From Octopus vulgaris (taxonomy: Eukaryota): 64,000 nucleotides of DNA. Position 1 is the first letter of the stretch. Each line of letters starts with the position of its first letter. Below, one piece after another: positions 1 to 15,349 of this stretch. The DNA lies in contig OX597816.1 in NCBI GenBank assembly GCA_951406725.2, forward strand, positions 91,202,001-91,266,000, written 5' to 3'. A model generated the notes under the pieces. It searched no databases. It was not told the origin of the DNA and worked only from the letters and a program-made list of their open reading frames with translations. The translations under genes and the position numbers were made by a program.

Positions 1-140
1 TGTCACACTGAATCTCCCTGAGAACTACTGAGTACACATATCTGTGGAGTGCTCAGCCACTTGCACGTTAATTTCATGTGCAGGCTGTTCTATTGATCGG
101 ACGAACCGGAACCCTCGTCGTTGTAGCCGACGGTGTGCCA
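1..140 (+). mobile_element. 3' part of tRNA-derived SINE (same family as 22084-22471)
   Basis: Aligns by eye to 22321-22465 (tgtcac.ctgaat.tccc.gagaactac...ccggaaccctcgtcg..gta.ccgacgg.gtgc). Confidence 0.85.
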
Positions 141-344
141 GAAAAGAAGTGTGCAGACTTAACCAGTTGGAAGTGCACAGTAAGTTACAACTTTCGTCTG
201 TCACCATTGCTTCAAACCACGGAAATTGCAACGGGGCTGAATAGTTATCAGTAAGGTCATAGATAGAAAGAAATGCCATCGACAACGAGGAAGCACAAGG
301 GGGCAACCACGTGTATAATATATCACGTGTGCGCTCATGGGACT

Positions 345-500
345 CTATGTACATAGACGACTTACACGCTTCCATCGCTAACACCATTCACTCTTATAAA
401 GATGATGCCACCATAGACCCCTCTTTAGTATTTTCCCCGAACAGCTTTCATCCTCCCCTCACCTTAGCACGACCTTAACACATATCTAAACTTCACTACA
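345..500 (+). mobile_element. Decayed LINE reverse-transcriptase fragment (CR1/Jockey group)
   Basis: Translates YIDDLHASIANTIHSYKDDAT, resembling the YINDL...YADD RT motifs. Confidence 0.55.
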
Positions 501-3049
501 TCCATGAATAAAAAGTTTGAAAAGATCCTCCGATAAGGACATGACAATTTTGCCACTAATGATCTAACTTCAAAATTATACATTTATAATATTGTTAAGA
601 TTGCATCCAAAAGATTAGCTTTCTTCAGCTGAACACCAACTGCATCAATTTTCCTATGTGAATACAGTTCTTTTCTTTTAAAAGCGTTAAAAATATGAAC
701 AAATGCTGCGATAGACTGTGTTCTGTCCCGCAGGAGATATATCTTGATGGACAAAAAAGAATGTATACAAAACACAATAAGAAAACATAGAAAATCCGAT
801 CCCTGTGTGTTTTTATACGTATAGAAATAGATTTGGCGTTTACGAAACTGATTCTTAGTGCAAAAAATGTGAAATTTGTTGACATTTCTCAATAGTAAAT
901 TCAATTTCTTACAATACTCGTTGTTTTTACAAATACCAACAAAATAATATTTTTTTATATATAAGCGGTTATTATAACATCAGAAATATACCATTTATTT
1001 ACAATTAAACATGCATTATTGGCTTGAATTCCTTATGATGATAACAGCAGAGAGAAAACATGTGTCTTTTTTCTTTTCTATGCCTTTCTTTCTTTTTCGA
1101 TATTCCCCTTTTTCTTATTCACCTCTCTCTCTCATCACTTTCTATTTGTTTCTCTCTGTCCATTTGTCTGTCTCTCCCTCTCTTTCTGTTTTTACTTCGC
1201 TTTTCAGTTCTTCCCATTTCCCTTCAATTATTTTTTTTTTATGTATATTTGAATAACTGTAGTTGGAGATAGAGCTTATTCTTATAGCTTACCATTACTA
1301 TTGGATTCATTTATTTGCCGCTGGTGGTCCTGTTATTACTCTTACATTGATCAAATATGACATTGCTGAATGCCCTTTGCTAGCGGCCCAAAATAATTAG
1401 CCCTATATTGTTGTTAGTAACATCAACTGCAAAAGTAAAAGTTAGCCGTCTAATAGGCGCCGTATAAAGACATTTCCGTTCTAAATTTAGTCCCGTTTTC
1501 CACATATCTGAAGTTATAAATTTCTATAATTCCTGATACATGTGTATTTTGATGTTTATACTCATTTATACATATTTTTGTATGCAGTCAAGTCCTTCCG
1601 TCATATGCTTATTAAGGGTGTGGGTCGCCATCTGTAAGTTTTTACGCTTGCCAACCTTCTGATATACTATGTAAACCATTTTTTAACCCAATAATAGCTG
1701 ATACTTGTAAGAAGCTAATGATTTTTGTTGATTTCTTTTTATTTGTCATGTGGGCACATTAGGAAAAAGCCTACGGGCTGTGAAAGATGAAACAGATAAA
1801 AAAGTTTAACCCAAGCTAATAAGCATGCTGTCTTGTCATTTATCAGCTGTTTGTTGAAACAGAAACAAATTTAATTTGCTATTAGTTTGAGAATTAGGTT
1901 ATATTTAGTATAGACATAAACTCTATGGCATAACGCAGCTTTGACTTTAAACAAACAACATAACGTTTATTTATTCTTCTTAATGTCATCAGATCGGGAA
2001 ATATTTTTACTCGTGTTATATCAAGACTGATTCCACTTAATGTATATTATCTTAGGAGTGCCGGATAGAAAACAGCATTTTAGAAAAAGAAACCTTTATT
2101 TCTTGAGGATTTTTACTATACAGCCACTTTGAAGACAATATATTTCATACTTAAATATACAATTTATCGTTTTGAAAAGAATATAAACTGATCTAGGAAG
2201 ATATTGTTGTCAATGAGTTAAAAACATTAATAGGGAAAGTGTATAAGAAAAGAAATGGTGTAGCAATTCAACCGAATCATAAACTTGGAATAAACGATTA
2301 GGAATCAAATTTGTACGCAAAAGAAAAAAAAGCCTTACAAAAGATAACTACCCCAAAACACTGTTTGAAATGGTAACTTGATCTGATATCTGGTATTTAC
2401 ATACATATAATACTGCAAAATAATATTGTACAAAATATAGTTTGTTTTTAAAAATTCTTCGAAGACATTATCAAACTGAAAGGAATCAGTATCCAAGATT
2501 GTGACATTGGAAATAGAGACAGTAAGCCATGTAATGCTCCTACTACTTAGAAATATTACATAAATATGAGACTTTCTATAGCCACGCAGGTTTAATCTAT
2601 TCCAACGTCATCAGAAAACAATAGCTGCATACACTGAAATAACTTTTGCTCTATCCATTTTCAGATATTTGCCGCAGAATCCTTACTACATTTTCATTTT
2701 AATGAATATTTTTTCGTTTTAACTGTTTAGTAGCAAAGCGATCTACGCAAAAGTAGGAATTTAAGATTGAGCGTATCGAAGTTTGAAAAACACTGTAACA
2801 GCTGAAACGACAGGAATTGCATTTGCTCCTTATTTACAAAAATGTCAGATTCAACACGATCAGCTGCCTCGAAAGGAAATATCTGAACCGAAAAAGAATA
2901 TTCAATTATTCCTTCTCTTTAATAAATCTGCTCAAAGCATATTTCGTTGCAGACAACGTGGTTGCTTCAACCAGCGTACATTTTTAACACATTAGATTTC
3001 ATTTACTGAAAGCAAAATGATACTACAAGAAGAGTTAACCATTCTTTTG

Positions 3050-4747
3050 TGTTAGTTTTGGAGATCAGAATCTTTATTCATCTAAGCTTACGCTATTGTA
3101 TTTTTATTGTTCAACGTCAGAAGCAACTTCTTTCTATTCCAATGTTCTGTTTCAGACAAAAAATGCCAGTACCCCAGTAATTACAGGTATAAACATTAAC
3201 TTGTAATCTGGATAGAATAACTGCAGATTTCTCAATAGTTCGGGTGTTCTCTTGTTCATTGATCTTCACCTTTATGTTAACATCCGATAGGCAGCTGATT
3301 TCCACAATTTCTCTTCTCTATCCTAAACCATTATATCAAGTATACTGTGTTTATATTTTATTGAGGTTTTCAAAGGGACATTCCTCCAATACTCCTTGTA
3401 TCACGAGTGATTATGCATTCTTGTGTTCTTAGTGGTTATCATTAGATTTCATTATAGAGTGTCCTAGCTACTACAACAGCATGTCTTATCAGTAGATAAT
3501 ACCATGATGACATTTTTGGACAACTGCTTATGCTATGGGCGATATCTTCGGTGTTAACTCCATAAATTCTGCATCGGTTGTCACATTTTACTGCTTTTCC
3601 TGCATCTCTGTCCCTTTTGTGCATCAGGTATTTGGTTGATATTTCCTGTTCTTGGGTTGCGAACGCATACCCTTCAAAGTGGGAGGTAATTATCCGGTTG
3701 TTGGTTCATGATAGACTGCTTTGATGATCAATGCTATTATCATCTCGGAGCTTTCTGCTAACATCCATGCATGGTCTTCTGCTCGTATACGCTCGTCCTT
3801 TCATCAGATGATATGTTGCGGTAGAGTCGTGCGACTTCTTTGGGCATGTACATGTATGGTCTTCTGCTCATATACGGTGATCGTTTCATCTGATGATATG
3901 TTGCGACTTTTTTGGGCATGTATTTAAGGTTATCAGACAAGGAATGCTGTTCAAGGAGCTGTCTTCCAAGTCTTATGAGGCTATCAACCTCATGTGTGCA
4001 AACTTAGTCAAAGGATGCACTTCGACACTTGGTGGTTAAAAGATGTTGCTGAAGGGATGTGGTACGATACTCAAAAGCGACTTGGATCAATGTTAAGCCC
4101 CTGCCACCTTGTTTTCCTTTTAAGTGGAGGCGGTCTACATCACTGCTGATGTGGAAATTCTTTGTACTTGTTAGTTTTTTTCCGGGCCTTTACATCAATG
4201 GCTCATATCTCATCAACCGTCCAATCAAGCAGCCCAGATGTTGATATGAGTCCTGGCACTGCAAACCCATTGTGAGTCACTGTTTTATTGTATGCAGAGA
4301 GTTCCGAGGTCCAAATTTTCTGTAATATTCTTTAGTGACATCTGTTTTGTTATAGGTGCCATTATAGGATATGTTTTCATCCCCCCTTAGATACATGTAA
4401 CATTCCTTACCAGATACAGGGGAAACAGTTAAGTCACCGAGGAAGATGTTGCTAGTCTGGTTTACAGTTTTCTCTCTTTTCAGAACCATATAGCAAAGTT
4501 TATCTTGACCAAATGCCAACCCTATATCTTTTGAGAATGTTGTAACCAGGTCAAGGCTATTTTCCATCTCATGCATATTCTTTGCGTATAGTATCAAGTC
4601 ATCCACAAAGAAACTGTGTAATTTAGGTATTTCTGTTTCCTTGTGAACCAGTGAGATACCTTTTAGACTTCATTAACATGAAGAATAAAGGATTTACAGA
4701 AAGTATAAACATCATAGAGAGGTTGTCCCCTAGGAATATGCCTCAGC
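3050..4747 (-). mobile_element. R4/Dong-like RLE-type non-LTR retrotransposon relic (RT C-terminus, zinc knuckle, RLE), frameshifted
   Basis: Minus-strand peptides DDLILYAKN...FSKDIGLAFGQDK and FEGYAFATQEQEISTKY...CRIYGVNTEDIAHSISSCPKM; truncated at (TATG)n near 4753. Confidence 0.85.
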
Positions 4748-5748
4748 GATACTGTATGTATGTATGTATGTATGTATGTATGTATGTACGTATGTATGTA
4801 TGTATGTACGTACAGACACATACAAACACACAAATAAAATATGAAATTAAATACTAAACTACTTTCTTTCGTTCGAAAAGTTTTTCTTAAACAACCACAA
4901 ATATGTGATAGTGATCGATTGTCTTCTACTCTTTCTATTTAATCCTGAGTTACTTCTCGCTTTTACCGGTTTTAAAACTGTTAATGTAACTCGATTTTAT
5001 TCTCTGATTCTCGCTCTATTATTTGAGCTCTCCTACTTAATTGTTGTCTTCTCAGCAGTCACATACAGGATTACGTCAGGAAAACAAAAGTTATATCGCT
5101 TGTGTCTTGTACTTGTGCGTCTGTGTGTGTGTGTGGGTAAGTGTGTGTACGTGTGCTCGTGTGAGTGTGTGTGTGTATGTGTGTGTTTATGCGTGTGCGC
5201 TCACGTATGTGAGTATTAACCTCCATCATTTAGAATTAAAAAATAGTGAATTTCATTTTCAATTCCCTAACTTCATTTTTCAAACTTATCAAATATAAAT
5301 TAAAACGTATTTCTCACAAAAATAGATGTCAAAACTTTACAGTTTCATCTCAATCCAACTATCAATCATTCTAGCCATTACAACACCTCTCACTGCAGTT
5401 CACTACAATCATAATTCTTCACTTGTCCTTACCTTCATTTAAAATCTCTCGATGCCATTCACGCCGTCTTCGTTTGTTGTTTCAGTCTCGCTTTACCAGC
5501 GTAACTGCAAACAAACACACTTTCTAAATTATTATAGGTAATACTTCCGGTAACTGTTCCATCACTGGGAATAGAAGCAAATTATATCTCAGAATCCGAA
5601 CTTCCTGTAAAACCTCAACAGTCCTACTGAAAAGTGTGACTCTAGAAGCTTTGCAATTAGATGCTATTAAATGTAGTATATAAGAAGAATATGACAAGCA
5701 ATAGACTAACAGTTTAATGGTTATAGTTTTAATGCTTAACCGTACTGA

Positions 5749-6024
<276 letters not shown>

Positions 6025-6029
6025 ATAGA

Positions 6030-6620
6030 CAGACAATTTCTCTGACCACCACATCTAGAAATCTCTGAAGTTCCTTTTCTGATTCTGGAAGTAAGGATGT
6101 GTCATCTGCATATCTTATGTTCGGGATTTTTCTGTCTCCCACCCTAAGACCTTTTCCTTCTCCATGATCTCTTATAATCAATTTTCTATAGTAATTGAAG
6201 AGACCTAGCTCATTTTTCTTGCCAATTCCATACTGACCAACTACTTTGTCACCCTGTCCACGATCCACCTTTGCGTTCAGATCTCCTATGATGATATTAA
6301 TTTTATCTGACTTGCACTAGGATCTAGCTTCTCCCAGAGTCTTGTTGAAGGTATCAATCTCCTTTTCTGTGATATCTTCTGATGGTGCATAAACCGCTAT
6401 GATAGAGATGTTAAATGGAAGTCGATGTAGCTTTACTAGTAGTACTTTTTCTCTTACTGTTCAGTAGACAAGGATAGATTTTGCCATGCCAGAATCAAAC
6501 AAAGATCCTACACCTTTTCATGTTTGTTACTATCCGTAAAAATCATCTTGAAATCATTGATTATGAAGTCATCATTATTCGGCCACCTTGTTTCATTTTT
6601 GCAACGTAAGTTTCCTGGAT
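6030..6620 (-). mobile_element. RTE-like LINE relic, APE endonuclease joined to RT by an internal deletion
   Basis: Minus-strand IIAVYAPSE...IIIGDLNAKV...GQYGIGKKNE followed directly by LFNYY...NIRYADDTSLL. Confidence 0.8.
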
Positions 6621-7201
6621 CAAACCAGACCTGGAGTTTACGCAGCAGCAACACATGTTACATATCTAGATGCCGTAAAAAAATTTTTTTTTTAAATGGG
6701 GAAACGATAGTCACCATATCTCATTAAAAATTATATAATCATCTTTAATATGAATAATGATGTGTTTATAAAGAAATTCTAAGTGAATTAAATAAATTAT
6801 ATAAACAGTAAACCCCAAGCTTCTAAATTCACAGCATGCACTTAAACGTACGTTTAAATATATGCACGTGTATATATATATATGTTTGCACTATGCAATA
6901 TGCAATTCATGTATATGTGTGCGTGTGTGAGTGTGTGTATGTGTGTGCGTGTGTGTATGTGTGTGTACGTGTCTGTGTGTCTGTATGAACTGTATATTGC
7001 ACATACTGTAAATATACAGGTGTTTCTTTGTGCATAAATCGATTGATAAGAAAAATTCATTTCATTATTGCTCTCTAGGCAAATACCAACATGGAAATAT
7101 ATAACAGAATATTTAAGAAATATTCATTACTTTCATACTATCTTTCATCATATATTTCTTTATAATTTACTCTGTGAGTCTTTCTGTCATTTCTCCCTCC
7201 T

Positions 7202-8402
<1,201 letters not shown>

Positions 8403-10283
8403 TCTAACCCCAATAACAAAACCTGGCTTACTTCTGTCACGCTCGCAGTTTGTTGTTTTACTCTTTTCCCTATACGCCATTTTCTCTTTATTTTGATATC
8501 TCTATATAGAACTGTTATCTTGCCTACGTATCTTCTTTTTCCAAACATCAAAAGGATCAAAGTTACCATTATTTTTAGGACATTTTATAAGATTATTTAT
8601 TGAATCTTCGCATTTTTTTTTTTTATTTTCTAATTTTTACAAGTTGTTATGAGAGTGCAAAAGAGGTCCAAGCAATGCCAGAGAAACTTGAAAAAGAAAT
8701 TAGATAAGTATTCCTTTGATATATTTTTCGATCAAATTAGACAATAAATAAATGAAGAAATAAATATATAAATAAATAATAATTTGGCAAACATCATTTA
8801 ATAATGTGAAATATTTGTGAAGATGAAATGCTTGATTTATCATTTTTTCCCCTTTTTTATGTTATTTTATTATACTTACCTTTTTCGCCCGATAATGATG
8901 GAATTTTGCTGAAGGGGAATCTCGTTTAAGTTTGATGGCAACTTTCAATTGACTATAAACAGCACGAATGTATAAGATGTATAAGATGTAAGATAGAGGG
9001 AGAGAGAGAAAGAGAAGGGGAGGGGGAGAGACAGTGAGAAAGAGAAATAGAGGGAGGGAAACACAACAGCTGTATGTGCATTACTATTGAAAGATACTAA
9101 CAGTGCAGATTTCAACAGTTAAACCTCGCAACACACTCAAATAAATTCTCAGAAACTAGAAACTTTTATATAAAATTCTATCAAGGCAAAAAAACAAGTT
9201 AGAAAAATACAATTTTTCAAATGTATATTTATCATACGTGTATATATATAATTTATATTTTTTAAGTACGAAATACATCATTAACATCTACATATGTATG
9301 TTTATATATATATGTGTGTATATGGATAAATATACATATACACACACACTCATATAAATGCAAGCACATAATTAAGTGTATGCATGTATTTATGTGTGTG
9401 TGTATGTATGTATGTGTGTGTAAGTATGTATATATGTGTGTGCATGTATGTATGTATGTATGTATGTATGTATGTATGTATGTATGTGTGTATGTATGTA
9501 TGTATGTATGTATGTATGTATGTATTTATTTATGTACATATGGTAGATGTTCCCTTTATATTTTCGGTGATCTGGTGAGTTAGCTTCCTTTATTTGCATT
9601 AATTTGTAAATATACGATTGTATTAAATAATACTGAGCGTTCATATTGACCTAAACATGCATGTGCATGGTTGCATGCTGTAATTAATAATACTACTCAT
9701 TGAAAGCTACGAAACAGCTGTAATGATATAGAAGTCATATGGGGAAAAAAATCTATGCTCATATCTCTCAGCGTCTCACTTTATACTTTATTTTCACCCC
9801 GTAGAAAAAATTATTGTTTGGATTCCCTGGACAGCTGCACGGATATATTCCATTACATCCCGAATGTGTATGGAGGGGTGGGAGATAACTGAGAATGCTG
9901 CTTGATTCTCCAAAAGTCCAGCTTTCCTACTACCCTCATATATTCATACATACAGGCATACCTACATGTATATATATGTATAGATGTATGTTTGTGTATG
10001 TGTATGTGTGTGTACGTGTGCGTGTATGGTTGTATAACAAATAGCTTTATAGTATATTGCCCATAAGATGGCTACATACAATATATTGTCCATAAATGAC
10101 AACACAAAACTGAACGATCATATAAAACAGACATGCTTCATTATCAGGTGGCTTACATTGCTAAAATATTTAAGATAATTTTCGTTTGTCGTGCCATGTA
10201 GAAAGTTCTGAAGACAGCAGGTTATTCATGACTGATCTAAATTCGACAACGTACATGTATATTAATTTTTACATTAGCATTAA

Positions 10284-11152
10284 GTCTTAAGTAATATTGC
10301 TTTCAAATTAAGACCAGCAAATTCGACGGTATGGAGTAAGTTGGTTACAATGATTCCAGCGATTAACTGGTATTATTTTATCAACTCTGAAAGACGAAAG
10401 GAAAAGTCGACCCCGGCAGCTTTTGAACTCAGAATGTAAAGTTGGAGAAATTGCCGCGAAGCATTTTTCTTGGCACGATAATGATTTTGCCAGCTCGCCA
10501 CCTTAGCCTAAAGAAATATTGGCTTTAAATATTGGTACAAGGCCATCGGTTTTTGTTGGGGTAGAGGCGCCTAGACAAATACATTTTATTGCATCCGAAA
10601 GGATGAAAGTCGACTTTGACAGAATTTGAACTCAAGACGTAAGGACGGACGAAATGCTGCTAAGCATTTCGTCCGTCCAGCTTGCCGCTTTGCCTAAAGT
10701 AATATTTTGACACAAAGCCAGCAAATTTTGGTTAAAGAATAAGTCGATTACATCGACTTCAGTGTTCAATTGACACTTATTTTATCGACCTTGGAAGAAT
10801 AAAAGAAAAAGTCAGTTTCGACGGCATTTGAACTCAGAACATAAAGACAGACGCTTATGCTTTTTTGTCCCGCGCGGTAATGATTCTAACAGCTCAACGT
10901 CTTTGCCAAAAGTAATACCGGTTTCAAATTTTGGCACAGGGCCAGCAATTTCGGGAGAGGGATTAAGTCGATTACATTGAACCCGGTGTTTAACTGGGTT
11001 CAGCTGGTACTGGTTCAACTGGTACTTATTTCATCGACCCTGAAAAAAATGAAAGACAAAGTTGACTTCAGCGGAATTTGAACTCAGAGCATAATGACGG
11101 ACGAAATGCAACCATTCTGCCAGCTTGTTACATTTTTGCCTAAAGTAATATT
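10284..11152 (-). mobile_element. Head-to-tail array of four diverged SINE copies (about 10299-10505, 10521-10691, 10707-10904, 10920-11137)
   Basis: Each unit carries atcgacc..gaaa.gatgaaag..aaagtcgac...tttgaactcaga; units are separated by gcctaaagtaatatt-like 15-mers. Confidence 0.85.
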
Positions 11153-11978
11153 AATATGTGACTGAGCGTTTGTGTTTTCTGTATGTACCAACAAATGTGT
11201 AACTCATATCAAACATTTATTATAATGTTTAAACAATAAAATGTATATAATGTCAATTGTATTTCTTACACCGCATCTTCCAGTCTCTCTCTGCCTCCCT
11301 TTCTCCCTCTCCCGCTTTCTGTCTGTCTGTCTCTGTCTCTCTCTCTCTCTATCTCTATCTATCTATCTATATATCTATCTATCTATCTATCTATCTGCCT
11401 ATCTCTGTCTTTTGAAATGTACTTTCCATGTTTTCCTGTGACCAAATATATGTTGTTATCTAAGTATGTTGTTTCCATAAATGGTTTGTACATATTTTCA
11501 CATGCATTTAATCTGATTTTCCACTTCAGCATTGGTTTACAGGTGTTTTTTTTATAATTTTTATACTGTAATTATGTCCCATGAGACCGACATAAATTCG
11601 AATAAATCGACTGAAATTGAGGTTTATTTTTTAAAAAAAGAAAGGACGCAAAATCACCAAAGACGTAACTCAAAACGGCGTAAGCTGAGGTATGCCAGTA
11701 CTTTTGAAGACTGCTGGTATGTGATTTGAGATAGATTTCGTAGTCATTTCTGCAGGTCGTGTGACCACGGAAGGTAGGTTCTCGTCTATTCATTTTTCAA
11801 GCTGTAACTAAATAAAGTCATGGTAGATGCAGTAATTAATCCGTTCTTTTTTTCATTTCAAAGTTTGCACTTAGTCAGTTAGTCTTGTGGCTATTGATAT
11901 ACAGGTATCTTTCAGAACACTTAGAATTCATAAGCTTCCAATGTTCCGAATAAGCTTCCATGGCTGTAAGACACTGCT

Positions 11979-12049
11979 GACTGATATGCATACGTCTGTG
12001 TCTTTCAACTAAAACTTTAGTTGAAGACACAGATGTGTGCATATCAGTC
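11979..12049. repeat. Near-perfect palindrome/hairpin with about 35-bp arms
   Basis: gactgatatgcatacgtctgtgtctttcaactaaa versus tttagttgaagacacagatgtgtgcatatcagtc. Confidence 0.9.
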
Positions 12050-12222
12050 TTGTTTTTCTAAAATGCACCATAAATGTTCAATAATATTGAGATCTGGGGA
12101 CTGTGGTGGCCAGATAAGATGTTCAACTCCACTAGAATGTTCCTCGAGCCATTCAGTAACAACTATAGCTGTGTGAATTGGTGCATTATCACCCTGAAAG
12201 ATTACGTTTGCCTCCGGAAACA
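12050..12222 (-). mobile_element. Inverted fragment of Tc1 transposase catalytic domain
   Basis: Minus-strand FQGDNAPIHTA...WPPQSPDLNIIEHLW; homologous to 13145-13276 on the plus strand. Confidence 0.9.
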
Positions 12223-12237
12223 TCTGTGTCTTTCCCC

Positions 12238-12304
<67 letters not shown>

Positions 12305-12353
12305 TGTGTGTGTGCGTATGTGTTGTCTGAGTGAGTGTGTGTGTACGTACATA

Positions 12354-13484
12354 CAGGGGTTGGACAAAATAATGGAAACACCTAGCATCATAATTTTGAA
12401 ATATCTATAAAACCCTCAAAAGCTTGTTTATTTTTTATGTTTTTTGACTTATTATTAGTGTTGCTTAATATGTTTTGTTAAAATTGCTGTTTCTTTTCAG
12501 ATATCATCAAAAAAAGATAATTAAAATTCAAAGTGGTCTAATTGTTAGTGCTCGTATGGCAGGCGCTAGCATAACAGCCGAAATGTTTGGTGTATCAAGA
12601 AGTACTGTCTCAAAAGTAATGACAGCCTTTGAGAAAGAAGGAAAAAAACCTCCTCGTCGAAACAAAACTTCGGACGAAAACCCAAAACTCTCAGATAGGG
12701 ACTGTCGGTGTCTGGCGCGAATTGTTAGAAAGGATCACAAAAGTACAGCTCCCCAAATTACTGAAGAGCTTAATGTCCACCTCGAGAACCCAGTTTCAAC
12801 AAAAACCGTTTGCCGGAAGCTGCACAAAGCCGGATTTCACGGGAGAGCAGCAATTAGAAAACTACTTCTTTCAAAAACAAAGGTTGCAAAGCGTTTAGAG
12901 TGGAGTAAAAACCTACAGAATTGGTTCTTAGAGCAGTGGAAGTATGTTATTTTCTCGGACGAGTCATCTTTTACCTTATTTCCGACCACCGTCCGAGTAT
13001 ATATGTGGAGACAGCCAAAAAGAAGCATTTTACCCAGTCTGCCTTCTTCCAGCTGTTAAGCATGGAGGAGGATCTGTGATGATCTGGGGGTGCTATATCT
13101 TGGAAATCCGCCGGCCCAATGATTTCCCTTCGTGGTTTAGGAACTGTTTCCGAAGGGAAACGTAATCTATAGTTGTTACTGAATGGCACGAGGAATATTC
13201 TAGTGAAGTTGAACATCTTATCTGGCCAATATCTCGATATTATTGAACATTTATGGTACATTTTAGAAAAAACAAGTAATGAGCCGATATCCTCCATCAT
13301 CATCACTTCAAGAACTGGAGATTGTTTTAGTTGAAGATTGGACAAAAATTCCTTTGGAAACAATTCAAACTTTGTACGAGTACACACCCCATAGAATTCA
13401 AGCTGTAATTTCTGCGGCTACCCCCATATAAAAATAAATTTGTTTGAAATTTTAAGGTGTTTCCATTATTTTGTCCAACCCCTG
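12354..13484 (+). mobile_element. Tc1/mariner DNA transposon, defective, with 30-bp perfect TIRs
   Basis: TIRs caggggttggacaaaataatggaaacacct at 12354-12383 and 13455-13484; TA on the left flank; HTH region, WKYVIFSDESSF and VKHGGGSVMIWG motifs; frameshifts and deletions. Confidence 0.95.
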
Positions 13485-13540
13485 TGTATATAAACAAAAG
13501 TAAAACATTATAAATAATAATGGTGGCTTATTTGCAATTT

Positions 13541-13545
<5 letters not shown>

Positions 13546-13638
<93 letters not shown>

Positions 13639-13668
13639 TATATATGCATCTATCTATCTATCTATCTA

Positions 13669-13705
<37 letters not shown>

Positions 13706-13742
13706 TAAATATATATACATAGATATGTGTATATATATATAT

Positions 13743-13800
<58 letters not shown>

Positions 13801-13814
13801 GTATCTATGTTTAC

Positions 13815-13860
<46 letters not shown>
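13546..13860. repeat. (TA)n/(TCTA)n/(CA)n microsatellite block
   Basis: Directly visible. Confidence 0.97.
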
Positions 13861-13863
<3 letters not shown>

Positions 13864-15349
13864 TATAATGTCATTTGGAAACCCATTAGTTTTACATCTC
13901 GTTTCACGCTCTCAACATATCAGACGACAGACGACTTGTGCCTATGTAATAAAATATCTTTGTTGTTATTCTCTTGGTGAGTTACATTCATGTCTCTGTT
14001 TCGATCCCCAGATGAAGACTTTTATCATTAATTGGGTCTTTAGTTGAATTTATCCCAAAGGCATAAGTGATATCCTTTAACTGTAATCGAGAAGATAAGG
14101 CAAAAAAAAAAAAAAAAGCGGGCGGGGTGCAGGGAGAGACAAAACATAGGACGTTATGAATTTAAGAGTGCTTGCCTATATGTAAGAAATAACATTTAGC
14201 ACTCCGTTAGTGGATTTCTGTTGATATTGTTTTATTGTTGTCGAAATTGTTCTTGATGATGATGATGATGATGATCATGATGATGATGATGACGACGATG
14301 ATGGCAATGATGGTGATGATGACCTCGTTGTCTTCAGTGAGTCTGTCACATAACCTGTATTAACACTTCTCTTGGCAACTGTAAAGTGAAAGGAAATGTA
14401 AACCCAGTGGTTGTAGATATCGTACGATAAACTTAACTCTCACGCTTCACTAGGCTGAGATCAGGATTGTTATAAAAATGATATGTAATGTAATATTTAT
14501 ATGTATAATGATAAAAAAGTGTAACAATTTAAAATGGCATTGAAAGAAGAAACCGAAGTGTTTTCTTTTCTTTTTGCGTTATGTTGAATGTTTTAACATG
14601 GGGCCCTTCAGTGAACACTGCAGAACAATCAGAAACATTATCAAAACTAAGCAAAACAAATAATTTTAAGACATATGTTCTATGAAGAATCACTTGATTG
14701 CGTACGCAGGAAAATTTAAGATCTTATGATTAAAATGTGTGCTTTGTAAAATATGAGATGAAAATTCATTTTCTTCTACTTTTTATTAAATGATATCATA
14801 ATGCGAATGATTGGAATCTAAGTATCTGGATACCGAATGAATATGAGATGGTAAAAAGAGACGTTTAAAGGACACGTTGATGTACTTGTATCTGTAGAAC
14901 ACACGAAGTAATTAATTAATTAAAAATCAACAATAACAACATTTCGAAAATCGTCACCTGACATAAACTTTTTCTGGGCCGCGCTGACTCGAAAGCTATT
15001 CATGGGGTTTCCTGAAGCGAGCAAGTACGCAGATTACGTGACCAGAAACAAAAAAGAAAGCCGATAAAGGGCTAAGACGCTGTTTTTATGTAATCTTTAT
15101 TCATTTATTTCTGTTCTTCAATCTTTGTGAAATGATTAACATGTTCATGTACTACCCCTTTTTAAATATAACTAAGTCTTTTGCGGACACATTTCGAGCT
15201 TCCATGATAATGGAGACGTCGGACAAAAACATTATACAAATGACGAATTTCGTGGAAATCTCTAGACGAAAAGTGTCCTTGTTTGAGTAAGTTCTGTAAA
15301 AACAAACAAAAAACAACAAAAACAAAAACAGCATAAAAGCAATAATATA

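Noticed and set aside
8644-8703. Exon-like 60-nt segment after a polypyrimidine tract (CYESAKEVQAMPEKLEKEI)
   Set aside because: The donor reads ATAAGT rather than GTAAGT, there is no recognisable homology and no partner exons were found.
9695-9725. GAAA-CAGCTG-TA half of a hammerhead
   Set aside because: No CUGANGA or stem II upstream.
10284-11152. Repeat-spacer periodicity resembling a CRISPR array
   Set aside because: The units between repeats are about 200-bp homologous SINEs, the context is eukaryotic and there are no cas genes.
11756-11773. Possible 18-nt microexon (ctgcag/...gaag/gtaggt)
   Set aside because: Weak polypyrimidine tract; such matches are expected by chance.
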